Shown piece by piece: positions 23,008 through 36,606 of a DNA stretch of 64,000 bases. Source of the DNA: Podarcis erhardii (Eukaryota); the NCBI GenBank assembly GCA_964252035.1, contig OZ176202.1, one strand, 5' to 3'. The notes beneath the pieces were generated by a model. That model was not told the origin of the DNA. It was given only the letters and a program-made list of their open reading frames with translations, and made no database searches. Both the position numbers and the translations under genes were made by a program. The stretch's first letter is position 1. The number at the start of each line of letters is the position of its first letter.

Positions 23008-24162
23008 GGTGAGAGAAAATCCAAAGAGAACCATCTGGAGCCTGTTCAGAGGGAATGACAGTAAACAAGATATTCTCTTCTTCATTACCATTGTGTCTGG
23101 CAGCCTTTCAATGATCTCATTGTATGGTAACAGATACATAAAGACTAGCTGGGGGGGGGGGAATGGTGGAGCTGGAGGAGTAACTGCACAAATGGCCTGA
23201 CTCATAGTGTAGACCGTTACCAAAACAAAAGAAAAGAGAAAAGAAGGTGGGGGGGGGAGAAAGTGGGTTGGGAGTGGGGAATGACAATCCAACTGAAAGT
23301 GGTAAAACTATGGGAAGAACTACATGTTACAAGAGACAAAAGCAGCAGCTACACATCTCAAAAATACATAGTAAAACAGACCACATGACATGATGATGTT
23401 GTTTCACTGCGAATTTCCCTACTCCACTTCATTTACCATAATCACAATCTCCCTTAGCATGCAGATCTTTCCTAGACTAGTGTAAACAAGTAATGATCTG
23501 CACCTTCTGCATGTCTTGCACTATAAATGAACTGCTAGTGGTGTGCTAGCCTGATGGGTCATAAATTTTGCAGGCCTTGTTCAACAGAGGGGTATAATGG
23601 CTTCATTCTTACCACCTGACCTGTATGACGGGCACTATAAATATTTAGCCAATTATCCACCTTCTTATGCCTTTGTCCTGAAGTCTTTCCTGCTAGCATT
23701 TTTTTCTTTTCTGGAAGAGAAGGCTCAACCCACTGGGAAAGTGGCCTACAAAGTATGTATGTAAAGACTGGGAGTAATAGGAAGAGAATGAATTTGCTAC
23801 AAGAATTCTGCTGAATCTGACTTCTTGCGATAGAGAGGATTGATGGCCTGGGACATGGTCTATGCCAGACTTCAAGGGGTAGGAGAGGTTCTACTGCAGT
23901 TTAATAACTGTGTTGCTATGAATATCAAGAATTGTATTATGGTTTGGGAAGGAAACATTTAAAGTAAGTATACTGATTTTAAGGTGCTTTAGCTGATTGA
24001 GTTATCAATTACCCATCAAAAGTTTTCCACGAGCCCTTATTTCTAGGAAAGAAACTAATTTTCATTGCCAGATACAAATAAGTCATAAATAGTTTTATTT
24101 TATTCCAACCTTTTCATAAATCTAGTCTCAAGAGCCAGCACTGTCTCAATTATCTCACTCAC

Positions 24163-24291
24163 CCGATGCTGATCTATTAGAGTACGCAGAGACTCTTCAT
24201 CATCTGGGAGATTGCCATGGAAACGAAGGGCCTGTTCAGCCTCAGCCAGCCATTCCAGAAGAACGTGCACAACTGAGTGGAATTCTTCCGC
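24163..24291 (-). CDS. DST: DST exon, 129 nt: [10 protein letters not shown]...RTLIDQHR
   Basis: Acceptor atacag, donor CGG|gtgagt; 43 codons. Confidence 0.96.
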
Positions 24292-25455
24292 CTGTATAAA
24301 TGAAAGTGGAAAAGAAAGGGGGGGGGAGAGAATGCTGTAAAAGGGATCTGGACTGAAAGAGTACAATGTTGGATTCCTACCATGAACAATGAACCTGTGC
24401 CCAGATTGGTGGAATCGTTTATCATTCAGCAATGGAGGTACATTAACTTTCCATTAAGGAATCTGACATACAGCACTCTGATATCATGGCTGTAAAAATG
24501 TCACATGCTTTTAAAAAAGGATTTAATAAAGCCCATAGGCCTGTTTGTGCACGCTTTTAAATATATGATTGATAGCATATGTGAAAGTGGAATTCAGAGC
24601 AACCTGCCTTCACACTGACAAATTATCAGGTGGAGTCATGCTAGTGAATGATGTTAATTACTCTGTGGAGTGGGGGGAGCTAACTGAGACTGTATATAGA
24701 AGAGCTGAAAGCAGTATCACTATAGAGTTGTCGCTGCCAGTTACAGCCTTTCATTGTGTGTGTGTGTGTGTGTCTTGCAATGGTCTTTGATCAAAATGGT
24801 TTTTCAGATTTTGGTAGTGCTTTAAGAAGTGTCAGAAAAAGGCTGAGCCTCCAGCTTCAAGTGGCGCAACATGAGTTAGTGCGGTATCTATGTGTGCACT
24901 TACTGCAGATACCTAATGGACAATGCCCATAACCACCACATTATTCTCCCTCAGGTGTGTCTGGAGGAGTTTGGAAATTGTTTTGAAATTATTTTCCCTA
25001 TATTTTTTAGTATATGAAAGCAGCAAGGCTTCTGCACATGTAACTCTCTACAAAGGAAAAACAGAATGAAGTAAAAAAAAATGTAGCACCGGCCTATCTT
25101 TCTCCTCATGATTCAATAACTTTTTAAAAGGTTTCCTGTAGGGCAGGCTATTTGCAATTCAGTCTAGTCAAGAGCACCACTCCATTGACATGGCCTGGTG
25201 AAACAGCTGCAATTAGCAATCAGGACTCCTGTTTCAACTTTAATGTCTTTTGCATAAAAGCTGCTTTGTGCTTATCTATCCATTGCTTCACTGTGGACTC
25301 CTTAACTTATGCAGAACCTGGTGGCACAGGCATGGCACAGACGAGGCCCTCCTTGTCTCATCGCTTCCTATGCGGCAATATACGCAATAATTGCAATCCC
25401 AACCCATGCATAGGCTGCATCTGATTGAAATAAGTGTAATTGGTTCATTCTTCAC

Positions 25456-25650
25456 CTGGTGGAGGGCTTGTTCCAGTCGTGTTTGCTTGGAGACGGACAA
25501 TGCACACACCGTCTCCCACCGAGTGCCCAGCTCCTGCATTTGGACCTTAACCCAGGAGGAGTCATCACGACTACCTTCTATCAGTTCACGAGCAGAGCGT
25601 TTCAGTGCCTGGACGCTGCCTGTCCTTTTTCCCAGTTCCTTCTGGAAGGC
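25456..25650 (-). CDS. DST: DST exon, 195 nt: [10 protein letters not shown]...RLEQALHQ
   Basis: Acceptor tcttag, donor CAG|gtgaag; 65 codons. Confidence 0.95.
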
Positions 25651-26646
25651 CTAAGAAAAGGAAATAAATGGTTCCTTCTATTATTTCCCCAAATAACAGA
25701 ATAACACAGCTATCACAACTATGGAGAAAGTTCATTTTTATAGACTTAATTTTTAAAGAAATTAAACTTAACTGAACATTATTTTGTTTTGTAATGTGAG
25801 TCCCGTAAATATCTTCATCCCCCTGTCTGGCTTTGTTTTATTCAATCCTTGCTACTCTACCGTATTTGAATGTCCCCCTCACTTCTTACAAATCAGTAGT
25901 TCTACATATATTCCGAAAGAAACCATTAGGTCAACAATATCTTCCTTATGCAATGTCGGATCACGTGAACACTGCCAATTAAAAAAGAAGACAACATATT
26001 GAAAACCCCTGAAACTTTCACTAGGAATCTCTAGGCACACAAGGAACTGAAAACTAGTGCAAGCTTTGATAACATGGGGCTCCTTCACTCTCCCTGCCTC
26101 TCTTATACTCCTACACTCTGATCCAGGGCTCCACATCTTCTGCAATATTTTGCTGAGACAGTTTCTTTTTGTGTCAGCAGTTCAATATGTGCAAAAGCAT
26201 GTGCCCACAAATCTCTTGCTTCCTTTAAAAGACAAGGGGCAGCCCTTGCAGATGGTGGAACATGTGAGCAGTAGTTTCTGCATCTCTTATAAATGGATTG
26301 GACTAAAAAGCTAAGGCTGCTAATGCTATTACCCACTGTTTCTGAGAAACTTTCAAGAGTGTTTTTAGTTCTAATAATCCAAATTAAAATCTGCATGAAG
26401 AAAAATGTAGCAGATCAACTTTAGCATTGAAGGCAAGTTTCAGATAAATCTTGATCGTTGCAGTCAGCAAGCTCTTTTCCCTCTCCAGCCAGTTTTTATA
26501 CCACAGGCCAAGGTTTTTAACCTATTGAATGGGCTCATCAATCTTTCTTAAAAGTTACAAATTGACCCAAAAGGCATTTACTCAAAATGCTTTGAACAGC
26601 TTGATTCAAAATAATATGAAAATGACTGTAATTTTGTGGCCATTAC

Positions 26647-26806
26647 TTTGTGATTATCTATTAAGTTCATCACTAAATCAATGTCTCCGTGCACAGGCTG
26701 ATCTTCGGCCAGCTGCGGTTCCACTTTGTACAGCCAATCTATGAGAGCCTGAAGAGCATCAGTAAATTGCCCAGAAAACAGCAGCGCTTCTTCCAGTTTG
26801 TTTTGT
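26647..26806 (-). CDS. DST: DST exon, 160 nt: (R)[10 protein letters not shown]...MNLIDNHK
   Basis: Acceptor tttcag, donor AAA|gtaatg; phase 2 to 0. Confidence 0.95.
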
Positions 26807-27843
26807 CTGAAGTGGGAAAACAAGACAGACACAGTGAAAAAAAGGGAGGGGGGAGTGATTGCAGATCTACATGCACCCTATGCCCATGCACTCAGCAATA
26901 TGACTCTAACACCATAAATCTAGGTCTTTTAGAATTCCTCCTACCTCCTGCAGCTTCCTTCATTTACAGCCTCTCCACAGTGACGACATTTCTGCTTCTA
27001 TCTTGCCAACTACTAGTTCCTACTTCCTAGACCCCTCGCCCTGCCTCCAATCAGTCGCTATTCTAGGGGCTACATGCTCTTCCAGTTTTACCACCACCCC
27101 TTCCTCTCTTCCAACTGGGCTGGGGGAGTTTTCAGAGGTAACAATAAACAAAACAAAATGTTCTGGCTTTATACACCTCTCTATCAAGACCAAGTGGAGG
27201 AGCCAAATGAATATATTGTTCATATATTCAGGAGACAAGATTTGAGCTCAAACCTAGAACTAAAGGAATATACAACATAAAGAAAAGTGCGTAGGAGATG
27301 GACCATGCACTTTCCATTTCACAGGACTCTTCTGAAATGGAGCTCTAAACCACCCCAGAGACTTTCGCTGAATACGAAATGGGTCTCCTCTGCCTCCAGA
27401 AACCCTTGGAAGAACAAACCAATACCTATTCTGCAGCTGGCTTATTCTGAGATTTTGGCTCCCATTTACTCTGCATCCAGTGCATTTCCAATGCTGGTTT
27501 GAGAAACAGTGTACACATGATGCTAGAGATAATCCACACCTATCCTTTATCTAGCCTGCCATTCCTTATTAAATGCTGCATTTCTGATGCCTTCTCCCCT
27601 CCCCAATCAGCTTAATCTTAAGCGAATAATGGGTACACAGTCTTAAACACTCTAAGGGATGGGGAAGTGGAGCCAAGAACCTACATCCTCTGCTCAAAGT
27701 GAGACACTCATAATTTTATTCTGACCAGGGACATTCACTGAAGACCAGCTGGGGAAAGGAAAATGGGATGAAAAGGAGACAGTGACCTAGCTACTGCTTT
27801 ACAGAGCCTCTTTTAAGTAAGATGCAAAGCGTTTTTGTCTTAC

Positions 27844-28013
27844 CTTTCTACAGATTTCCCACATACTGTATCCCATTTGTCTCTGAGTTCACTCAGCATA
27901 TCATCCAGTTTCAGATTGTCATCAGCTAGGGAAGTTTTTTCTTTCAAAGCACGTCCACTTCTATTTGTAGTGTCATACACAGAATGTTTAGCTCCAAGAG
28001 CCTTCTGGAACTC
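27844..28013 (-). CDS. DST: DST exon, 170 nt: [10 protein letters not shown]...TVCGKSVE(R)
   Basis: Acceptor gaacag, donor AAG|gtaaga; phase 0 to 2. Confidence 0.96.
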
Positions 28014-28099
28014 CTGTTCAAGAAAGAGACTCAATATGAAGCGCACAACACACATAACCTACACAACGTATTTTGTGCCGTTTGGAGACGAAGACCACA

Positions 28100-28455
28100 C
28101 TCACGCATCATGGTAATCCATAAAGCATGGCTTATAATGCATGGCTGAATTATGCCCACTTCACTCTTCCCATCTCATGTGCAGAGGAAATGAATCAGCT
28201 ACGATCCCTGGCTTAGTGTTACATCTGAACCAGGGATCGTGGTTTGTTTCTCTCCCAACAAACCACAATTTCTAGCAAAGCTCCGCTTTTGGCTTAGCAG
28301 TCATGGCTTGTTGACAGTGAAATAAAGCATGATCCCAAAGCAAAGGATCAGGGTTTGAGTCTTCTGTGTATTAGTAGGGAGGAAATAAACAGCCCAGCTA
28401 GGCATGTTCATGGTCAATCATTATCTATGATTTATCAGATGTGTGAACAGGGCCA
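28100..28455. mobile_element. Old palindromic non-autonomous repeat, possibly PIF/Harbinger-like (related copies at about 6240-6540, 12400-12702, 35270-35680, 48955-49210)
   Basis: Shared aaac(c/t)atggtt motifs and right ends like atgtgtgaacagggcc / atgtgaactgagccc; boundaries and superfamily uncertain. Confidence 0.35.
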
Positions 28456-30301
28456 AACACAATGAATGAGATTTTCATACAAACTACATTTAGCAAGGAA
28501 ATATCATGAAATGTCACCGGGATATTTAGATTCCAGAACCCGCTGGCATTTATTCCAGAATATACCTCGTGTCCCTGGGATCAATAAGACTATCAATCAA
28601 ATGACTTTAATTGAGCAATTAAAATAAGTTATGCAAGAGAAATGGTAGCAAGGCATTGGTGCTCAGCTTGAAGTGATAGTCCACAAGTTTGGACTGTCTT
28701 CTACAAAGCATTTACACCAAATCACTAGCATTCAAATCAATGTAGAAGTTCATGTTAAATCATCTGAAACCCAATACCTTAGATTTACTGACTTATGGAC
28801 TAGAATAAAGAAGCTACACTGGAAAATATTATTCCATTCTTTACCATTAAAAAAGGAACATGACAAACCTTAGGTTAACTTGCATTCAGTACACTACTTA
28901 ACAAAGTATTAAATGCTAAATACTACAGAGAGTGAGTGCCCCCCATGTAAACAATAAAATGCTTGATTATTTCTGTATTGCTATTTTCTCTGGAGTAGGG
29001 CTGTGCTAAGATTATCAAGATGTACATCTATCATGCTTTTGCAAGAAGGCACAAATAAGGAATCTGCCAAAGAAATGTTGGTCAGTAGAAACGCAAGACT
29101 CAATTTTGTGAATTCTTTGGTGGCTATATCATTTACAAATATTCTCTAGAATGAAACTCACAAGCAATTACAGTCATTGAATAAAAAAGATTTATCCTAC
29201 CAATGTCACTTCTGTAAAGTAAATGGAGGTTGACTTGTAATGAGGTGCATATTAACCTAAAAATGGGGAGGGGGTAGCTGATGTGGTGACCTAAATATGA
29301 TTTGGACCTCCAATAGCCCCAGCCAACATGACAAATGGTCAGGGATGATGGGTGTGTAGTCCAGCAATTTTTTGAAGGATACCCCTGCCTTAAAATATAT
29401 CAATATTCTTTTTTTAAAAAAAAATCCTTGAAAAAGGGATTAAGACAAACTACACGGCCCATTCTTTCTTCACTGACTTCTAAATATAACATGCAAAGAG
29501 CTTGGTGGTGGTTGGGGACTGATAAAAAGCCAAAGAATACTCCTTCAAATCTTTGGCAATATGTAACAAATATGAGACAGCTCATTTTTAGAATCTTCAT
29601 TTCTTGAAAACTCCCAAAGAACGAAGCCAAGTTATTCCATATATCAAATAGAGCCTAGTCTACGGTCTTTAGCCTTAGATACTAAAAGCATTAAAACCTT
29701 CAACAATGGCTCAATGGTTTACTTTATAAAAGGAAGATTGAAAACATACAGCAACCAAAGGCATGCAACATACAAATATTTGCTAAGAGGAGTAGCTAGG
29801 ATTTTTTGAGGCTATTTTATGACTGTCCATGTATTGGGGGAATGAGAGGTTAATAGAGGTGGACAAGTCAGTATGTTTCCAGTGTGTGTCAGTTTACCAA
29901 ATGTGCATTCATAAATCCATTCCACTCCTTTTCTGAATTAATCTGCATTTTTGAATTTAAAAACAACATGAAAATTTGAATTTCTAAAAATGTTTTCCCA
30001 CAAAAGACCCATTTCTAAACATACTAGTTGCCAGCTGAGTGTAAAAATCCAGTCCCAGAAGTAGACTGGTGGCCATTCTGAGCTCTTTTAAAACTCAAAA
30101 TCCTTCCAGAATGCACATACTGATGGGATTATCATCTGATCAGGGGCGAGGTCTGCAGATCAGTGGTAAGACCCATCCTATGCATATAGAAGGTTCAGTT
30201 CCTGACACCTCCAGGTATAGAATATTCCTGTGTGAAATCTGTGTGAAATCACATCCAGTTTGGTATAAGGCAGCTTCTGGTGTTCAGAAAAGGCTGATAA
30301 T

Positions 30302-30334
30302 TAATTATCATAATTATCATAATTATCATAATTA
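30302..30334. repeat. 9-bp tandem repeat (TAATTATCA) x about 3.6
   Basis: Directly visible. Confidence 0.95.
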
Positions 30335-30614
30335 AGCAGAGCTGCTGGTTGATATGAATCTACTTGCGCGTTATCTTTTATTTATAGTAATGATCTTATC
30401 CATTCATCTAGTCAAGACAAGTTTTAACACCCTGTACATCCATATAGAGTCTTTGGCACTAGGACTCAGTAAACTGTGTATAATGAAGGGGAAAGTGCTG
30501 AAAGCTAATTCAAAGGCCTCAACAGTCAATTTTATTCACACACTGTTTGATTGTAATAAAACAAGGAATATTAAAAATATCAATAAAAACAGCAAAAACA
30601 ATAAATAAGAATTA

Positions 30615-30967
30615 AAGGTAAAGGGACCCCTGACCATTAGGTCTAGTCGCGGATGACTCTGGGGTTGCGGCGCTCATCTTGCTTTACTGGCTGAGGGAGC
30701 CGGTGTACAGCTTCTGGGTCATGTGGCCAGCATGACTAAGCCGCTTCTGGTGAACCAGAGCAGCGCACGGAAACACCGATTACCTTCCCACCAGAGCAGT
30801 ACCTATTTATCTACTTGCACTTTGACGTGCTTTTGAACTGCTAGGTTGGCAGGAGCAGGGACTGAGCGATGGGAGCTCACTCCGTCGCTGGGATTCGAAC
30901 TGCCGACCTTCTGATCAGCAAGCCCTAGGCTCTGTGGTTTAACCCACAGCGCCACCCGCGTCCCAAT
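30615..30967 (-). mobile_element. Sauria SINE, apparently full length
   Basis: Minus strand begins GGGACGCGGGTGGCGCTGTGGGTTAAACC with a GTTCGAATC B-box and ends ...GGGGTCCCTTTACCTTT, matching the recalled Sauria SINE consensus; 9-bp TSD taagaatta at 30606-30614 and 30968-30976. Confidence 0.88.
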
Positions 30968-31049
30968 TAAGAATTAGAGATAGGTAAAAGAGGCTAAAAC
31001 ACACATCTACCTTTCTGGATAGGCTTGCCTAAACAAAAATGTTTTGAGG

Positions 31050-31179
31050 CAGGCTTCCTTAAACTCCAGATGTTTTGAGACTACAATTCCCATCATCCCT
31101 GGCCACTGGTCCTGCTAGCTAAGGATCTTGGGAGTTGTAGGCCAAAAATATCTGGGAGGGCCGAGTTTGAGGAAGCCCG
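31050..31179. mobile_element. Short palindromic hAT-type MITE
   Basis: TIR CAGGCTTCCTTAAACT versus CGGGCTTCCTCAAACT; 8-bp TSD ttttgagg / ttttaagg; core 'actacaattcccatcatccc...gggagttgtag'. Confidence 0.75.
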
Positions 31180-32206
31180 TTTTAAGGGATGGCAGAAAGA
31201 GTACAGTAAAGGTACCTGCCTGATGCAGGCAGACAGGGAGTTCGAAAGTATAGATGCTGCCACATGGAAACAATGGTTTCTTACAAAAGGATCAAACCTC
31301 CTAACAAGAAACACAGTGGAAGGCAAAACAACAACAACAACGACAAAAACTAGCAGTGGATGTGCAAAGCAAACAAAGCATTAAGAAAGAGTGTTTTGCT
31401 TTTTTAAGAGTAAGGTGCTAAAATGCGATTGACAACCAAGATATTGAGAGTACTAGGCAGACCAAAGTAACAGTAATTCTTGAACTTCAGCATACAAGTA
31501 GTTTTGCGGAGCATATAATCCCTGTGCACAGCGTGTCCCTTTCCCTATATCCATTCAGAAGAGGCCCAGGTTTTAAAGATTACTTTTCATCTGCACATCA
31601 CCAGATTTATGGAAAGGCGCTTGACAGCTGTGGACCCTTAACAGAAAAACTCTCTTTTTTCCTTCTGCAACGTTCATTTGTGTTGTTGACAGCCCCACTG
31701 CATCTAATGCATTTCCAAGTGGTGGTGGGGAATTGTTTCACTAAAGCGATTAAGGATTTGTCCATCAAACTGTACTTTGCTTATTTTTTTGAGATAAGCT
31801 GGGTTGTTTTTTGTTTTTTTTTAAAAAAAACATGTTACAAATGGTGATCCACACAATCTCTGAGCCCGTCTTGAGTGTAGTTAAACTCTAGCAGATCCTA
31901 TTGTCCTATAACATTGCACACAGGAAAAAATAGCATAGTGCCCTATATCTTCGTCCTATGATTCTTTATTATTGTGCTTTTCCTTTCCACATGTAGTTTC
32001 AGAAGATGGAACCCTGCAGAGAAACCTCCCAGCTTCTATTTATTTTACAAGCTGGAAAACTGCCAGTGTTTGAATTTGATGGTGGCAAACATTCCAACCT
32101 AGTGACCAATAAATCTCCCTCCTCCTGCTAATTACACAGTGCTTGGTTCACTGGCTTTCCTGCCGTCTGATTGGACAGCCTCTACATTCCATTACCAGTG
32201 ACTCAC

Positions 32207-32326
32207 CTTATGCTGGGCAAGCTGCATCTTAATTTTGTCTGGATCATTTGCAATTTCAAGCTCTGCATCCAGAGTCTTTTCTGAATCATCCAGCCATTCA
32301 GTAAGTTTGTTCCAGGCTTCATGGAA
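32207..32326 (-). CDS. DST: DST exon, 120 nt: [10 protein letters not shown]...KMQLAQHK
   Basis: Acceptor ccacag, donor AAG|gtgagt; 40 codons. Confidence 0.96.
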
Positions 32327-34003
32327 CTGTGGAAAAGCAAGATTTTCAATTACATACATTGATAGGCATAGATTATGCATTCAAAACATTCAACGCACAT
32401 TTAGCTTTGAAAAAATATTAAGGGTTGCATTCAGTTAGGTTTCACTCAGAGTGTATGCACTGAAATTAATGGGTCTAAGTCAGTCATGTCTACTAATTTA
32501 AATGGGGAGGGTGCAGGGTAGGCGAGGACGGGAAGCCAAGTTGCATTGGCAGAACTCAGGGTGCTGGCTTCCACTGGTGCAACAACTTAGTTGAATAAGG
32601 CCCACAATATTAAAAGCCAGGCAATCCAGACTGGACTCACACAAATAAATGTTGGACCAAAGGACAATTTCCCTTTTAGAGTGATGCAAATTATTTGAAA
32701 TTTCTCTGGGATTGCTCAGTCAGCAGAGTATAAGGTTCAAGCCCCATGCTGGGAAAATCCAAGACTCCCAACCTCTATTGACACAGTGACATATCTACTT
32801 GACCAGGAGTGGTCCTTTCTGGCCCAAGGGCCACTCTGAGGGTTGCTGAACCCTTCAAGGGCCACATACGCTCAGCACAAATGCAAATAACATGCTGCCA
32901 CCCATGCACCCACATGTAGAAACATACACTATACATACACACAACATACCTAGAGGTCAATAGAACATGCATACTGTTTTTCTGCCAACATCAGTGCTGG
33001 ACTAGGAAGAGGGGATCCTTTCCTCCTAGCCCAGGGATGGAATGAGAACAAGAGGCCCCCAGTTACCCTGCCAATGTGCCTCTTCTCCTTTTGGCAAGGA
33101 AACATTGAAAGCAGGACCTGGAGCTCAGGAAACAGAAGGAAGTGCTTCTGTCTCTCTTGAGTTCAGTGTCCTACCTCTGGCATCACAGCAGAAGGAGAAG
33201 AGGCACCTTTGCTATTAAGTGGAGGAAGAGGTCCCAAATTTTCTGGGGGCAAGTAAGTTGCCTGACATAGCCTCATGGGTCCCATGTGATCCATGGGTTT
33301 GCCACTCTTTCCTTAGACACACTATCTTGTTGGGATGATTCACACATATGATAAAGTGTTGTTTTGAGGGTATTGCAATCATGCAGAGACAGTACTTCCT
33401 TATTTTTTATATGGGATGTTGTTTTGTTTAAAAATAGCACACATGACAACTGCAGCCCACATGAAAAACTAACACACATAATCAAAAGTTTGAGTTGCCT
33501 GCCTCATGTAGCCATCTCTCTGTCCCACCAAAATATGGGCTCTGATTTTCATCCACCTCCTCTACACATACATAGAACCCTGAAATGACATGATCCCTAC
33601 ACAGTCATATCCCTTTGATAATGAGCCTCAGCCTAAGTTGACACTACAAAAATGTTGAGAAGGCTAGAAGCACCCATGTAGAGAGGTTGCAATTTGTTTC
33701 AGAAAATGGTGGATTAATGAAGATGATTGTGAAAAATAAAATAAGGATGAACTTCCCATGCAAAACAGGAACACTACATCCATATACCACTCTGTTGCTT
33801 GGTTGGAAAGTAAAGATTCTACTTTCACTTTTGGTGTCTGGCCTGAAGAAACAGCCATTCTGGTTCCCACTACTTGCCAAACCTGTTGATCTAATATTCC
33901 AGTTTCCTTCAGATGACTTAAAGTCATCACACTGTTCATTTAAACATGGGTTTAGTTACAGCAAGGTTACGCTCAAATTGTTATGGAAGACTTGCCACAT
34001 TAC

Positions 34004-34210
34004 CTGCTTGGCACGCTTCCTTGCATCATCCAAAGCTCTTCCTCTTTCCACTAAGCGCTGAACTACTTTTTCCCATCTACTCTGGACACTGATCAGCAGA
34101 TTTTTAATGAGGACAACGTCCTGTTTCTGGCTGAAGTATTTCAAATGTGTTCCAGTTTTGTCCAGCTCAATAATCTGGTCACGGTGGGCATTCACTTCAT
34201 TGGCAAAGAC
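34004..34210 (-). CDS. DST: DST exon, 207 nt: [10 protein letters not shown]...DDARKRAKQ
   Basis: Acceptor cacaag (AAG), donor CAG|gtaatg; 69 codons. Confidence 0.95.
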
Positions 34211-34469
34211 CTTGTGAAAGAAAGAAAAAAGATAGTATTTGAAAAGCTTCAGAGTCTTCTAGCAAGCAGATATATACCTAAGAACTGATGGTGTTATGCA
34301 CTGCTTTATTGGTCAGAGACACTATAAAATGTCACTTTAAAAAACTGTAAAACGTCTTTGGATTTTAATGGTGCTGGCTTGTTTTAAACATTAATACAAG
34401 CCAGCCAGCCTGTGGGTCCAAGCAACGGGAAGAAGAAAGTTGCACATCTGTTGTTGTTTCTGTACATAC

Positions 34470-34625
34470 CTTGTGTTCATCAATTTGAAATAAGACAGTA
34501 TCCAAGATAAGACTTGGCCGAGAAGCTACTGTCAAGGTTTGCTCAGCTTGAGTAAGCCAGTTGATGAAGTCCTGCAGTGAGTTGTGGAACTCCATTGCCA
34601 AATTGAGAGCTTCTTCCAGTTTGAT
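34470..34625 (-). CDS. DST: DST exon, 156 nt: [10 protein letters not shown]...LFQIDEHK
   Basis: Acceptor ttacag, donor AAG|gtatgt; 52 codons. Confidence 0.96.
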
Positions 34626-36435
34626 CTGTAAGAACACACCATAAATTAGCAGCAGTGGACAGTTTATACTAGAAACCATATAAACTTTATAGAGAAATAA
34701 ACCAAATCATGTCTGAATGTAATTTGGAAAAAGGCTACTCTTGTCCTCTTGCCTACCCCCCCCCCCCAGTTTAATACTGGTATGCTCTGAATATTTAAAC
34801 GGCATACAAAGAAATATATTTCTAAAAATATTTCAGCAGAAACTGACAAAACAGAGAACCTACAAGGACTGAGCAGGTAGAAGAGCATCCAATGCCACAT
34901 ACAGATTCCTGCCACAGTGCTAAATGATGAGCCTTACAAGTATTCAGACAGTAATCCAGGAACATCATTTCAGCTTTGATTCTGCTTGCATGAAAAGGGG
35001 ATAATATGCAGTTGCATTGCATGAAGGATTAGGAAGATAATTTGCACTGTGGAGACTATCCTTTTTTGCCGAATGCAGGTCTAGTTCAGACAACTTTGGG
35101 GCTGGCAAGTCTTTGTGCAGAACAGAAGCTACCCCCCTCTCTTCCACCATATAGACTACTGCTGTTTCAGATGTTATGAGAGTAAGTCTTAAGCTCCTGT
35201 CCTCCCCACTATGGCACAATCAGAAGGAGAAATTCAATAGGTTTCATTTTTATTTATTAACTATAGCCTTTCATAGCATCCAAACCCATGTGTTTAATCT
35301 TAACTATGGCTTGCTGAAATGAAGGGGGGGGAGCCATAGTTTAATAAGCTGTCTTGTTTATGCAGTTTATGGTTCAGATGCAGTGCTAAACAGTGGTTTA
35401 TCCAAAACAGAAGTGGAAGCTTTCGATCTTCCCCTCAGGGCTGCACTGGAGGAGAGGGGAGTGAACAAGGACTCAGCTAGATTGTATATGTGATATAACA
35501 GTGTCTACCAGATGGTGCTGTGGAGTCCCGTTTTTCTCTACCTGTTTCCCCTGTTTAAATTTACAACGCATTTAACTGAAACACTTCTTTGATGTGTCTA
35601 GAGGCTAGTCTGAGGCTAGCTGTGACTTATCCCCCAATGCTAAACAATGGTTTAGTGATATAATGTGAACTGAGCCCCTTTCTCATACAGCTGAAGAATA
35701 TAATGTGTTGGGTGTCAACATGGTTTGTCCACAATATCATATGTAACCGTACTGACTACCCAAAGGTTTTGCTGGCCCAGGCCATCTAATACAATTGAAA
35801 CAATCCTTTAAATTTACATTATATGAGAATGCAAATACTCCTTTTTCCAAGAATGGCTTCATTTGTTTGTTTAATCATTTCTGTTTCTTATGAACACATT
35901 TGTATTTCAGCTGTTTCAAGATGTAATTTATAGTCTGGCTCAGAGTAAACTGTTTATCTATGTTTGGACTATTTTTTTATTTTTATTTTTTTACAAAAGA
36001 ATGTCCACCCCCATGGAAAACCATAGCTATGAGTAAGATGCTTATCCAGGAATATGAGGTCGCCTCCCAGAGGGCATGAGAGAGGCCTCATCACTTAAAA
36101 CTTTTAAGAACTGCTATGTTCAAATGCCAGCAATAAAATTAAAGCATCAGTTCCAAGCTGACAGGATGATGGACTGGGTGGGTAGAAAGGATTTATTCAT
36201 TCCTTAGGTCTGCGACCTATAGACTACAATAGGGGGTGTTTTCATTTACAAACATTGGTCTGCTGCCATGTAATTTATTGATCAGCTTTTCCAGATGAAT
36301 CATGGTGTGTGACATCATTTACAGGTTTAATTGCATGGATCCCTAGCGCCTGCTAAAAGGAAAATTCTGTATTTGCAATATTCTAATATTAAGACACATT
36401 TCAGAGAATATCCCCATGTTCGATATGCAACATAC

Positions 36436-36606
36436 TTTTCTTTCACTCAGCTTTGTTTCCACCGATTCCCATTTCTCTTTAAGATTATTTATGTCCTGCT
36501 CAACATTTGTTTCAATAGTCTCTAGGCATCTTGCAAGCATCTGTAGGCCCTTTTGCATCAGACACTTGTATGTTTCTTCTTTAGCTTCAAAGGCAGCACA
36601 GAGTTC
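36436..36606 (-). CDS. DST: DST exon, 171 nt: [10 protein letters not shown]...ETKLSERK
   Basis: Acceptor tttag, donor AAA|gtatgt; 57 codons. Confidence 0.95.

Noticed and set aside
22742-23292. Several 75-171-aa ORFs spanning the N run
   Set aside because: Artefacts of translating Ns as X without stops.
24100-24162. Donor read-through gives [20 protein letters not shown], echoing the next exon's EFMRKLEE (13/18 nt identity)
   Set aside because: The match is too short and low-complexity to distinguish from chance, it has no usable pyrimidine tract, and it ends in a stop. A decayed exon duplicate cannot be shown.
34920-34985. ATGATGA box-C-like motif suggesting a snoRNA
   Set aside because: It is on the strand antisense to the host gene, with no CTGA box D or terminal stem at a suitable distance.
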